DNA of 64,000 nucleotides from Candidatus Gottesmanbacteria bacterium (GTDB lineage Bacteria; Patescibacteriota; Microgenomatia; JAMCYU01): NCBI GenBank assembly GCA_043801155.1, contig JAZDMI010000011.1, positions 27,439 to 91,438 of the forward strand, read 5' to 3'. Shown piece by piece: positions 47,015 to 56,543 of this stretch (position 1 is its first letter; each line of letters starts with the position of its first letter). The notes under the pieces were generated by a model. It saw only the letters and a program-made list of their open reading frames with translations, ran no database searches and was not told where the DNA came from. The position numbers and the translations under genes were made by a program.

Positions 47015-48865
47015 ATGATAGCTAACCAACAGGTTGCTCAACTTCTAAGAAATATTGCGGCTGCAAATATCATTAAAGATGAAAGAAAATACCATTTCCA
47101 AATTATAGCTTATGAGCATGCAGCCGATACTATTGAACACGCTACTAGTGATATTAAGGATCTATGGGAAGAGCAAAACTTAGATAGCCTGCCCGGGTTA
47201 GGTAAATCGATAATTAGTCATCTTGACGAATTGTTTAAAACCGGTAAAGTTAAACACTTTGAAGAGATATTAAAAGAATTACCTTTATCTATGTACCCAT
47301 TATTATCTATACCAGGATTTGGTCCTAAAAAAGCTTACAAATTAGTTAAAACGCTTTCCTTAAAAAACCCGAAAAAAGTCATTGATCAACTAGAGATAGC
47401 CGCAAAAAACAATAAAATTGCTCAAATAGAGGGATTTGGAGAAAAATCACAACAAGATATTTTAGCCTCAATACAAAGCTATAAAAAGGGGCAAAAAAAG
47501 GAAAATCGGATGAACTTACCGACAGCCTCGGCTATAGCTAACGAGATAATCAGTTATCTCCAACAGTCAAAAGCCTGTTTGCAGATTGATCCTCTAGGTT
47601 CTCTAAGACGGCAAGTGGTTACCATTGGTGATATAGATATTTCTGTTGCTACCAAAAACCCAAAAGAAGTAGTTGATTGGTTTATAAAATACCCGAAAAA
47701 AGAAAAAATTATAGAAAGTGGTCCAACCGGAGCCAGTTTATTGCTTACAAACGGTTGCCAAGTTGATCTTCGTGTCCAAAAGCCGCAATCTTATGGGGCT
47801 ATGCTTCAATATTTCACCGGATCAAAAAATCATAATATCCATCTAAGAGAATTAGCCTTAAAACAAGGATTGTCGCTATCGGAATATGGAATAACGCGAT
47901 CCGCTCCGTTAGGCGGAGCAAGGATCGCTACTTCCGCTATAAGCGGAATAAAAAAAATCAACGATCAAAAATCAACGATAAAAGAGTACGCAACCGAAGA
48001 TGAGTTTTATCAAGCGATAGGATTAACCTGGATTCCGCCGGAACTTAGAGAAGATAGTGGTGAAATTGAAGCTTCACTTCGTTCAGCTCAAGGGCAATCT
48101 AACGGTTTACCAAAGCTGGTGGAACTTCATGATATCAAAGGCGACTTGCATGTTCATTCTAATTTTCCAATTGAACCTTCTCATGATCTAGGAATTAATT
48201 CTATGGATGAAATTATCAAAAAATCAAGTCAATTGAGATATGAATATATAGGTTTTTCCGAACATTCACCAAGTATATCCAAACATACACAAGATGATAT
48301 ATATAATATCTTAAAAAAGAGAAATGATCTCATTGAACAATTAAAATTGACTAGCAAAAGTGTTCGAGTAATTAATTTACTTGAAGTAGATATATTAGCC
48401 GATGGAAACTTATCTATTAATAATAAGAGTCTCTCACTCTTAGATGGAGTAATAGTTTCAGTCCATAGTAGTTTTAATCAAGCAAAAGAGCCAATGACTT
48501 ATAGAATTCTTAAAGCTTTAGCCAATCCTAACGTTCGTATATTAGGTCATCCTACAGGTAGATTGTTGGGAAAAAGAGACGGGTATGAAGTTGACTGGAT
48601 GAATATATTTAATTATTGTTTTTCACACAATATTGCTATAGAAATTAATGCTTGGCCGGAAAGACTTGATTTGCCAGATACCCTAGTACACCAGGCAATT
48701 GATTATAAGGTAAAACTAATAATTTCCACGGATTCACATGCAGTTGAACATATGGATCTTATGAAATATGGAGTATCAGTGGCACGTAGAGGTTGGGCAA
48801 AAAGAGATGACATTTTAAACACATTAAGCTATAATGAATTTGTCAATTGGTTAAAAAAAAGATAG
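47015..48865 (+). CDS. polX: DNA polymerase X family protein with a C-terminal PHP phosphoesterase domain
   Basis: Pol-beta-like HhH and fingers/palm regions (GSLRRQVVTIGDIDISVA) and PHP motif GDLHVHSNF. The start is taken at MIANQQV, position 47015. Confidence 0.8.
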   Translation: MIANQQVAQLLRNIAAANIIKDERKYHFQIIAYEHAADTIEHATSDIKDLWEEQNLDSLPGLGKSIISHLDELFKTGKVKHFEEILKELPLSMYPLLSIPGFGPKKAYKLVKTLSLKNPKKVIDQLEIAAKNNKIAQIEGFGEKSQQDILASIQSYKKGQKKENRMNLPTASAIANEIISYLQQSKACLQIDPLGSLRRQVVTIGDIDISVATKNPKEVVDWFIKYPKKEKIIESGPTGASLLLTNGCQVDLRVQKPQSYGAMLQYFTGSKNHNIHLRELALKQGLSLSEYGITRSAPLGGARIATSAISGIKKINDQKSTIKEYATEDEFYQAIGLTWIPPELREDSGEIEASLRSAQGQSNGLPKLVELHDIKGDLHVHSNFPIEPSHDLGINSMDEIIKKSSQLRYEYIGFSEHSPSISKHTQDDIYNILKKRNDLIEQLKLTSKSVRVINLLEVDILADGNLSINNKSLSLLDGVIVSVHSSFNQAKEPMTYRILKALANPNVRILGHPTGRLLGKRDGYEVDWMNIFNYCFSHNIAIEINAWPERLDLPDTLVHQAIDYKVKLIISTDSHAVEHMDLMKYGVSVARRGWAKRDDILNTLSYNEFVNWLKKR

Positions 48866-48967
48866 ACAAATTCCTTTTTCCTTGCTTCATTCATATCAAC
48901 TTGTAAAGTTGACGTTCTGAAGCGCGGAATAATGACTTATCTTATAATTGAAAGCGAGGTGATAAAT

Positions 48968-49513
48968 ATGTTTTTACTACCCTTGGCAATAGTAGCAGTA
49001 ATAGTTGTTTTTATTTGGTCTTTATATAATGGTTTGGTTACCGTAAAAACGAGAGTTGATGAATCATGGAGTGGCATAGATGTTCAACTTAAACGGAGAA
49101 CAGATTTAATTCCAAACTTAGTTGAGTCAGTAAAAGGATACGCTACCCACGAAAAAAGCGTCTTTGAAAACGTCACTAAAGCCAGATCAGCATTAATGGG
49201 TGCATCAACTCCGCAAACGGCAGCCGATGCCAATAATCAGCTTACGGCAGCCTTAAAATCCTTATTTGCCGTTGCCGAAAACTATCCTGACCTTAAAGCC
49301 AGTCAAAATTTCCTTGATCTTCAACAGCAATTAGCCGATACTGAAGACAAAATTGCCTATTCACGGCAATTCTACAATACAAATGTATTGGACTATAATG
49401 TTAAGATAAAAGTTTTTCCTAATGTTCTATTGGCATCAACTTTAGGATTTAAAGCAGTAGAATTTTTTAAAGCAGGCGAGGAAGATAAGGAAGAGGTTAA
49501 AGTAAAGTTTTAA
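48968..49513 (+). CDS. lemA: LemA family protein
   Basis: N-terminal TM segment plus LemA region ([28 protein letters not shown]). The ATG at 48968 has an upstream gaggtg. Confidence 0.8.
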   Translation: MFLLPLAIVAVIVVFIWSLYNGLVTVKTRVDESWSGIDVQLKRRTDLIPNLVESVKGYATHEKSVFENVTKARSALMGASTPQTAADANNQLTAALKSLFAVAENYPDLKASQNFLDLQQQLADTEDKIAYSRQFYNTNVLDYNVKIKVFPNVLLASTLGFKAVEFFKAGEEDKEEVKVKF

Positions 49514-49617
49514 TTTCTAATTACAAATATTTATTTGACTTAAAGAATTTTAGAAATTAATTATATTACTATAGTCTCTATTTTATAATTTGACCTATTA
49601 AATTAATACGGTCAAAT

Positions 49618-50523
49618 TTGTATATTATGTCAATCTATTCCCAAATTGATTCTAATAAAAGAAGAACATGGTTTATTATGGTTTTGTTTGTTGTCTTTAT
49701 CTCGGTGATTGCCTATGTTTTTGGTGAAACTTCAGGTTACGGACTATCCTACGTGGGAATTGCCCTAATTTTTTCAGGTCTAACCTCAATAGGCAGTTAT
49801 TATTGGTCGGATAAGCTAGTATTGATGATGTCCGGAGCACATGAGATAGCTGAAAAAGATAATCGTGAATTCTACCATGTCGTAGAAAATCTATGTATCG
49901 GAAGCGGATTACCTATGCCAAAATTATATATCATCGATGATTCGGCTCCAAATGCATTTGCTACCGGTAGAGATCCTCAGCATGCGGTAATTTGTGTTAC
50001 TAGCGGAATACTTCAAAAATTGGACAAAATGGAGTTAGAGGGAGTAATAGCGCACGAACTTTCCCATGTCAAAAATTATGATACGAGATTAATGGGTATT
50101 GTGGCTATTCTAGTAGGAACAGTAGCTTTTTTAGCCGATTGGTTTATGCGGTCTTTATGGTGGGGGAGACACAGTGACCGTGAAGAAAAAGGGAATGCAC
50201 AGGGAATATTTATGATCATAGGAATTGTCCTGGCAATTTTATCTCCGCTTATTGCAACTTTGATCCAACTGGCACTTTCCCGGAAACGAGAACTGCTGGC
50301 CGACGCATCCGGAGCGTTATTAACACGATATCCAGAAGGGTTGGCTAACGCTTTAGAAAAAATTAGCCGCGATAAAGATGTTCTGGAAGCAGCTACAAAT
50401 GCGACAGCCCATCTTTACATAATCAATCCTTTTAAAGGCAAGAATTTTTCAGCTTGGTTTTCTGGTCTTTTTGATACTCACCCACCGATAGAAGAAAGAA
50501 TTAAATTACTGCGGGCAATGTAA
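49618..50523 (+). CDS. htpX: Zinc metalloprotease HtpX (M48)
   Basis: HELSHVKNYD (HExxH) and four TM segments. The start is possibly at 49627. Confidence 0.85.
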   Translation: MYIMSIYSQIDSNKRRTWFIMVLFVVFISVIAYVFGETSGYGLSYVGIALIFSGLTSIGSYYWSDKLVLMMSGAHEIAEKDNREFYHVVENLCIGSGLPMPKLYIIDDSAPNAFATGRDPQHAVICVTSGILQKLDKMELEGVIAHELSHVKNYDTRLMGIVAILVGTVAFLADWFMRSLWWGRHSDREEKGNAQGIFMIIGIVLAILSPLIATLIQLALSRKRELLADASGALLTRYPEGLANALEKISRDKDVLEAATNATAHLYIINPFKGKNFSAWFSGLFDTHPPIEERIKLLRAM

Positions 50524-50529
50524 TCTATC

Positions 50530-51828
50530 ATGAAGAAACTTCTCTCAATCTGGACTGGCAAACTTCTGTATATTTTTAGTAATATTTTTAAAATTGGTAG
50601 TGGTTCTACCTGGCCCGGACATATTTCATTAATGATAGAAAAAAATATTATTCCGATACTTATTGACCAACTGCGACAAGGCGTTATTATTGTCGGTGGG
50701 ACTAACGGAAAAACGACAACAACAAAAATGATTAGTGAAATCATGAAATACAAAAATATTAGAGTCATAAAAAATGATAGCGGAGCAAATTTAATCAACG
50801 GGATTGCATCAACCCTGGTTAATAGTTGTAATTGGATCGGAAAGATAAACGCAGATTGGGCGATTTTTGAAACCGATGAAGCTACATTATCGATTCTTAC
50901 TACCATCTTTACTCCGAAAATAATTATTATTCTTAATTTATTTCGTGATCAGCTAGATAGATATGGAGAAATTGATATTATCACAAAGAAATGGCAAAAG
51001 GCCTTAGATGATTTACCTCGGTCTACAACCGTTATTTTAAATGCGGATGATCCTAATGTTGCCTTATTAGGCAATGATTTAGACGCAAAAACATTATATT
51101 TTGGACTTAATGAACCTCATTTATATCTTGATAAAGTCCAACATGCAGCTGATGCAATATATTGTCCTAGGTGTGGAAAAAAATTAATTTTTGAGGGTTT
51201 CTTCTTTTCTCATCTTGGGCATTGGTATTGTCTAAATTGCGGAGCTAAGAGGCCGGACCCCAGTCTCTCTCAATGCAAAAGTCCATTACGGGGAATATAT
51301 AACAAATATAATAGTCTAGCCGCAACATTAACGGCCAAAACATTAAACATAAAAGACAAGGAAATTAACAAGGCTCTACAAAATTTTGAACCTGCTTTTG
51401 GCCGTCAGGAAAATTTTGAAGTTGATGATGAGAATGTAAAAATAATTTTGTCTAAAAATCCGGCTGGTTTTAACGAGAGTATTCGGGTACTTGAAGAATT
51501 TCCTGGAAAAAAGAAAACCGTTCTTATTGTATTAAACGATCGCATTCCTGATGGCCGTGATGTTTCCTGGATTTGGGATGTTGATTTTGAAAATATTACC
51601 AATTATGCTGACAATCTTATCTGTAGTGGCGATCGAACATTCGATTTAGGCTTAAGAATAAAATATGCAGATTTTAATATAAATAAATTATTAATAGACG
51701 CAAATTTAAATAAGGCTATTAAAACAGGTTTAAAGAAAATCAGTGAAGGTGAAACTCTTTATGTTTTGGCAACATATTCAGGCATGCTAGAAGTCAGAAA
51801 AATACTAATTGGTCATAAATTACTCTAA
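50530..51828 (+). CDS. murT: Lipid II isoglutaminyl synthase, Mur-ligase-like subunit MurT
   Basis: P-loop IVGGTNGKTTTTKM and the Cys4 ribbon CPRCGKK...CLNCG of the DUF1727 C-domain. Confidence 0.85.
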   Translation: MKKLLSIWTGKLLYIFSNIFKIGSGSTWPGHISLMIEKNIIPILIDQLRQGVIIVGGTNGKTTTTKMISEIMKYKNIRVIKNDSGANLINGIASTLVNSCNWIGKINADWAIFETDEATLSILTTIFTPKIIIILNLFRDQLDRYGEIDIITKKWQKALDDLPRSTTVILNADDPNVALLGNDLDAKTLYFGLNEPHLYLDKVQHAADAIYCPRCGKKLIFEGFFFSHLGHWYCLNCGAKRPDPSLSQCKSPLRGIYNKYNSLAATLTAKTLNIKDKEINKALQNFEPAFGRQENFEVDDENVKIILSKNPAGFNESIRVLEEFPGKKKTVLIVLNDRIPDGRDVSWIWDVDFENITNYADNLICSGDRTFDLGLRIKYADFNINKLLIDANLNKAIKTGLKKISEGETLYVLATYSGMLEVRKILIGHKLL

Positions 51829-51839
51829 GTTTTAAAACT

Positions 51840-52652
51840 ATGAATAACAATAAATTAGCGCTTATTATCGGATGGCTATATCCTGATTTAATGAGTACTT
51901 ATGGCGATCGGGGTAATATTATTTGCCTTAAGAAAAGATGTGAATGGCGGGGAATTAATGTAGAAGTTAGGGAAATTTCACTTACTACTGAAGACTTAAC
52001 ACTTAATGCTTGTGATCTTTTGTTTATGGGAGGAGCTCAGGATAAGCAACAAAAAATAGTTGCTGACGACTTACACGGAAATAAAGGATTAAAACTTAAG
52101 GAAATGATTGACAATAATACGCCTGGATTATTCATATGCGGAGCATATCAATTTTTAGGAAAGTACTATAAACCAGCTGAGGGAGAAAATATTCAAGGAC
52201 TAGGAATATTTGATTTATTTACTATTCACCCGGGAATTGGAAAGGAGAGATGCATCGGAAATATTATTATAAAAATTCAGAATTCGGAATTCGGAACGGA
52301 GAATTTTATTGTTGGGTTTGAAAATCACGGTGGAAGAACCTATTTGGGAAATAAGGTGGAATCATTAGGAAATGTGATTAAGGGCTATGGTAATAATGGC
52401 GACCTGCCCGCCAGCCTTAATGGCAGGCAAGTGCAGGCGGGGGATGGAACCGAAGGGTATATATATAAAAATAGTATCGGCACATATCTCCATGGACCCA
52501 TTTTACCCAAGAATCCTTATCTGGCTGATTGGTTAATCCAAAAGGCCTTATTGAAAAAGTACGGGAATAAGGTAGAATTGAAAAAGTTAGATGACGCTCT
52601 AGAATGGCAAGCACACGATCATATATTAAAAAAATTAAAAATTCAAAAGTAA
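51840..52652 (+). CDS. gatD: Lipid II isoglutaminyl synthase, glutaminase subunit GatD (CobQ-type glutamine amidotransferase)
   Basis: LALIIGWLYPDLMSTYGDRGN and a catalytic Cys in FICGAYQFLG. Immediately downstream of murT. Confidence 0.8.
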   Translation: MNNNKLALIIGWLYPDLMSTYGDRGNIICLKKRCEWRGINVEVREISLTTEDLTLNACDLLFMGGAQDKQQKIVADDLHGNKGLKLKEMIDNNTPGLFICGAYQFLGKYYKPAEGENIQGLGIFDLFTIHPGIGKERCIGNIIIKIQNSEFGTENFIVGFENHGGRTYLGNKVESLGNVIKGYGNNGDLPASLNGRQVQAGDGTEGYIYKNSIGTYLHGPILPKNPYLADWLIQKALLKKYGNKVELKKLDDALEWQAHDHILKKLKIQK

Positions 52653-52655
52653 AAA

Positions 52656-52961
52656 ATGAAAAATAAAACCAATAATCTTTCCTTAGATGAAGTAAAAAAA
52701 GTTGCTACCTTAGCTAAGTTAAGCCTAACTTCACAGGAATTAAACAAATTTCAACAACAATTATCTCAAGTTGTTGAATATGTTGGAAAATTATCAGAAG
52801 TTGATACTACCAGCGTAGAACCTACGAACCAGGTAACCGGATTAGAAAATATTTTTCGAGAAGATGAGGTAAAACCCTCACTTACTCAAAAAGAAGTTTT
52901 GGCAAATGCACCTAAAAAATCACGTAACTACTTTAAAGTTGAAACCATTTTTAACCAATAA
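52656..52961 (+). CDS. gatC: Asp/Glu-tRNA(Asn/Gln) amidotransferase subunit C
   Basis: 101 aa. LSLDEVKKVATLAKLSLTSQEL. Confidence 0.85.
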   Translation: MKNKTNNLSLDEVKKVATLAKLSLTSQELNKFQQQLSQVVEYVGKLSEVDTTSVEPTNQVTGLENIFREDEVKPSLTQKEVLANAPKKSRNYFKVETIFNQ

Positions 52962-52963
52962 TT

Positions 52964-54385
52964 ATGGAATTATTTAATTTAACAATTAAAGAAGCGATTG
53001 AAGGCCTAAAAGAAAAAAAGTTTTCCTGTTTTGAACTGGTCGGTTCCTGTTTGGATAGAATAAGTACCCTGGAAAGGAAACTTAATGCCTTTATTACTAC
53101 CAACAAACAAAAAGCTATAGAAGAGGCTAAACGATGTGACAATTTAATTAACCAAAATAAAGATATTTTTATTAAATTACCTCTTTTAGGAATACCAGTA
53201 GCGATTAAGGATCTTTTTTCAACTAAAGATCTAAAAACAACGGCCGGATCAAAAATTATTAATCAATATATTCCTCCGTATGATGCTACAGTTGTCAGGA
53301 AACTCATAGAAGCAGGTGCCATTATTATTGGAAAGACTAACGAAGATGCTTGGGGCCACGGTTCGTCAGGTGAAAATTCTGACTATAATCCAACAAAAAA
53401 TCCATATGATCTAACAAGAGTTCCGGGGGGATCAAGCAGTGGTTCCGGCTCGGCAGTATCATCGGGAGAATGCTTATTTGCTACCGGAACTGATACGGGA
53501 AGTTCAATTAGGTTACCTGCGGCTTTCTGTAATTTGGTTGGGATTAAACCTACATATGGAAGAGTCTCACGCTACGGCATCATGGCGATGGCTTCATCTT
53601 TTGATACGATAGGTCATCTAACTAAAACCACCTGGGATAATGCGTTGATTTTAGAAGTGACTGCAGGACAAGATTCTTTGGACGCTACTACCGTACAGCA
53701 TGAAGTACCTAAATATACTGATTTTCTTGGAAAATCAATTAAAGGATTAACGATAGGTATACCTAAAGAATATTTTGTTACAGGTATGGATCATAAAGTT
53801 GAAAAAATTACACATGAAGCAATAAAAAAAATGGAAACTTTAGGAGCTAAAATAAAAAATATTTCCTTACCATACACTGAATATGCAATAGCCTGCTATT
53901 ATATTTTAGTTCCTTCAGAAATTAGCTCAAATTTAGCCCGTTTCGACGGTATTCGTTTTGGAAACGAAAGAGAAACATTTGGAGATGAAGCTAAAAGAAG
54001 GATTATGCTGGGAACTTATACACTTTCAGCAGGTTACTATGACGCTTATTATCTTAGAGCATGTAAATTAAGAAGCTTAATTAAAAAAGATTTTGAGTCT
54101 GCCTTTAAAATCGTTGATATAATTCTAGCTCCGAGTTCACCGACATTACCCTTTAAGATTGGCGAGAAAGCAGACAATCCATTGCAGATGTACTTATCAG
54201 ATATTCTTATGTGTCCAATTAATATTGCCGGGATACCGAGTTTAAATGTTCCTTGTGGTTTTAGTGAGAATTTACCAATTGGTATGCAAATAATCGGACC
54301 ACAATTTAGTGAAGGATTACTTTTTCAGGTAGGTTACGCTTATGAACAAGAAACAGAGTGGTTTAAAATAAGACCAAAGTTATGA
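52964..54385 (+). CDS. gatA: Asp/Glu-tRNA(Asn/Gln) amidotransferase subunit A
   Basis: Amidase signature [14 protein letters not shown] and the Ser-cisSer-Lys triad context. Confidence 0.9.
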   Translation: MELFNLTIKEAIEGLKEKKFSCFELVGSCLDRISTLERKLNAFITTNKQKAIEEAKRCDNLINQNKDIFIKLPLLGIPVAIKDLFSTKDLKTTAGSKIINQYIPPYDATVVRKLIEAGAIIIGKTNEDAWGHGSSGENSDYNPTKNPYDLTRVPGGSSSGSGSAVSSGECLFATGTDTGSSIRLPAAFCNLVGIKPTYGRVSRYGIMAMASSFDTIGHLTKTTWDNALILEVTAGQDSLDATTVQHEVPKYTDFLGKSIKGLTIGIPKEYFVTGMDHKVEKITHEAIKKMETLGAKIKNISLPYTEYAIACYYILVPSEISSNLARFDGIRFGNERETFGDEAKRRIMLGTYTLSAGYYDAYYLRACKLRSLIKKDFESAFKIVDIILAPSSPTLPFKIGEKADNPLQMYLSDILMCPINIAGIPSLNVPCGFSENLPIGMQIIGPQFSEGLLFQVGYAYEQETEWFKIRPKL

Positions 54386-55788
54386 TAGACAAAAAAAATA
54401 TACCATTCAGACGCGATATAAACATCGCTACTAATCGTAACTATATTCCGATTATTGGTTTGGAGGTACATGTAGAACTTAAGACATTAAGTAAAATGTT
54501 TTGTGGCTGTAGTGCCGATTATTTTGGGCATGAACCGAATACCCATTGTTGCCCAGTTTGTCTAGGATTACCAGGTGCATTGCCAGTACCCAATAAGAAA
54601 GCAGTGGAGTGGTGTATATTAATTGGTTTAGCCTTAAATTGCGATGTACCAGAAATTTCCAAGTTTGACCGGAAAAATTATTTTTATCCGGATTTACCTA
54701 AAGGCTATCAAATAAGCCAATATGATATGCCACTTTGTGTAAATGGCGAATTAAGAATTAAGAATAGCGAAAAATGGGAAACAATTAGAATTAGAAGAGT
54801 ACACATGGAAGAAGATACCGGTAAATTAATTCATATCCCAGATGGAACATTAATCGATTTTAATCGAAGCGGTGTACCACTGGTGGAAATTGTTACCGAA
54901 CCCGATATCCATAGCGCCCAAGAAGCCAAAATATATTTACAAAAAGTTCAGCAAATTATTCGTTATTTAGGTGTTTCTGATGCCGATATGGAAAAGGGGA
55001 GCATGAGATGCGAACCAAACATATCGCTTGGCGAACATAACACTAAACACATAACACAAAACACAAATAGTAAATTACCTAATTACAAAGTCGAGGTGAA
55101 GAATATTAATTCATTTAAGTTTGTTGAAAAGGCAATCAATTATGAAATTGAAAGGCAAAAAGAATTGTTAAATAGGGGAGAGACGATCAAACAAGAAACC
55201 AGGGGATGGTCAGAAATTAAAAGTTGTACACTCCCCCAGCGGAGTAAAGAAGACGCCAAAGATTACCGATATTTCCCCGAACCGGATATACCGCCGATGA
55301 GATGGGATAAGTATCAAGTTGAAAGTATTAAACATCAGGTTCCGGAACTACCAGATGCAAAACTAGTCAGATTCATGAAGGATTACAAATTAGGGGAGTA
55401 TGATGCAAATATATTAACGACTTCCCTACTGATAGCAAACTATTACGAAGAGTGCATAAAGTATTTAATATCTAGTATTAAAGATAATACGATTAATACA
55501 AAAACAGTAGCCAACTTGATAATTAATAAAAAAGTAAATATTACTAAAACCACTCCGTCACAATTAATACAAATGTTGTCGCAAAAATCGCAAATGAGTA
55601 CATTAAGTGATGAAGAGTTAGAAAAAATAATTCAATCGATTTTAATTAACAATCAAAAAGCAGTTGCGGACTATAAGTCCGGTAAACAACAAGCCTTAAT
55701 GTTTCTGGTTGGTCTAGCCATGAGAGAAACAAAAGGCCAGGTTCAGGCGGAAAAATTAAGAAATATACTAATTGTTAAATTAATATAA
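54382..55788 (+). CDS. gatB: Asp/Glu-tRNA(Asn/Gln) amidotransferase subunit B
   Basis: [28 protein letters not shown], and a C-terminal YqeY-like domain. Confidence 0.9.
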   Translation: MIDKKNIPFRRDINIATNRNYIPIIGLEVHVELKTLSKMFCGCSADYFGHEPNTHCCPVCLGLPGALPVPNKKAVEWCILIGLALNCDVPEISKFDRKNYFYPDLPKGYQISQYDMPLCVNGELRIKNSEKWETIRIRRVHMEEDTGKLIHIPDGTLIDFNRSGVPLVEIVTEPDIHSAQEAKIYLQKVQQIIRYLGVSDADMEKGSMRCEPNISLGEHNTKHITQNTNSKLPNYKVEVKNINSFKFVEKAINYEIERQKELLNRGETIKQETRGWSEIKSCTLPQRSKEDAKDYRYFPEPDIPPMRWDKYQVESIKHQVPELPDAKLVRFMKDYKLGEYDANILTTSLLIANYYEECIKYLISSIKDNTINTKTVANLIINKKVNITKTTPSQLIQMLSQKSQMSTLSDEELEKIIQSILINNQKAVADYKSGKQQALMFLVGLAMRETKGQVQAEKLRNILIVKLI

Positions 55789-55808
55789 TTATATTAAGGA
55801 GATGCAAA

Positions 55809-56519
55809 ATGTCACTACTGGGAGAAGAAAAAAATTTTCATGTAGTCCAAAGAAAAGAAAAAGAAAAAGAATTAATTAACGATCGGAGAGGCTGGGTTAA
55901 AAAATTAGCCGAAACAGCTGTTAGTCGTAATACAGATGAAGCCTGGAATGAATGTTATCAAATTATTGCCGAAAGAATTGTTTTTTTAGAAAAGCTAAGA
56001 GAACTGGAGAAAAAAAGAGGATATCGAGATCCCTTAACAGGTATACCCAATCGACGATTTTGGGATGAAGTTGTTAATCGCGAAATGGAAAGATGCAATC
56101 GACGAGGAACATCTTATGGAGTTCTAATTGTCGATGTAGATTATTTTAAAAAAGTTAATGACATGTATGGACATAATGCGGGAGATTATGTATTACGTGA
56201 TGTTGCCAAAAGAATAAGAGATGCTATCCGAGCTGAAGATTTGTGTGCTCGATATGGAGGCGAGGAATTTAGTGTTTTATTACCAGAGCCGCAATTGTCA
56301 GGGCTAGATATTGTTGGTCAAAGAATTAGATTGGCAATACAAGAAAATGAATTTATAGTAGTAAATATGAATAAGCAAGAAGTACAAGCTAATATAACCG
56401 TTAGCGTTGGAGGGACTCTTTCTAGGCCACATGAAAAAAGTGATTATACTATTGCGAGAGCTGACAAAGCACTCTACAACTCAAAAGAAGCCGGAAGAAA
56501 CTTAGTCACAATTGACTAA
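55809..56519 (+). CDS. Diguanylate cyclase (GGDEF domain) with an N-terminal coiled-coil
   Basis: Active site RYGGEEF and D-x-D-x-F-K-x-V-N-D. Confidence 0.85.
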   Translation: MSLLGEEKNFHVVQRKEKEKELINDRRGWVKKLAETAVSRNTDEAWNECYQIIAERIVFLEKLRELEKKRGYRDPLTGIPNRRFWDEVVNREMERCNRRGTSYGVLIVDVDYFKKVNDMYGHNAGDYVLRDVAKRIRDAIRAEDLCARYGGEEFSVLLPEPQLSGLDIVGQRIRLAIQENEFIVVNMNKQEVQANITVSVGGTLSRPHEKSDYTIARADKALYNSKEAGRNLVTID

Positions 56520-56543
56520 TTTCTATATTGAAAATTTAAAATA

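Noticed and set aside
50478-50906. 142-aa minus-strand ORF
   Set aside because: Lies entirely antisense to the htpX end and the murT start. It is hydrophobic, low-complexity translation of AT-rich antisense and is spurious.
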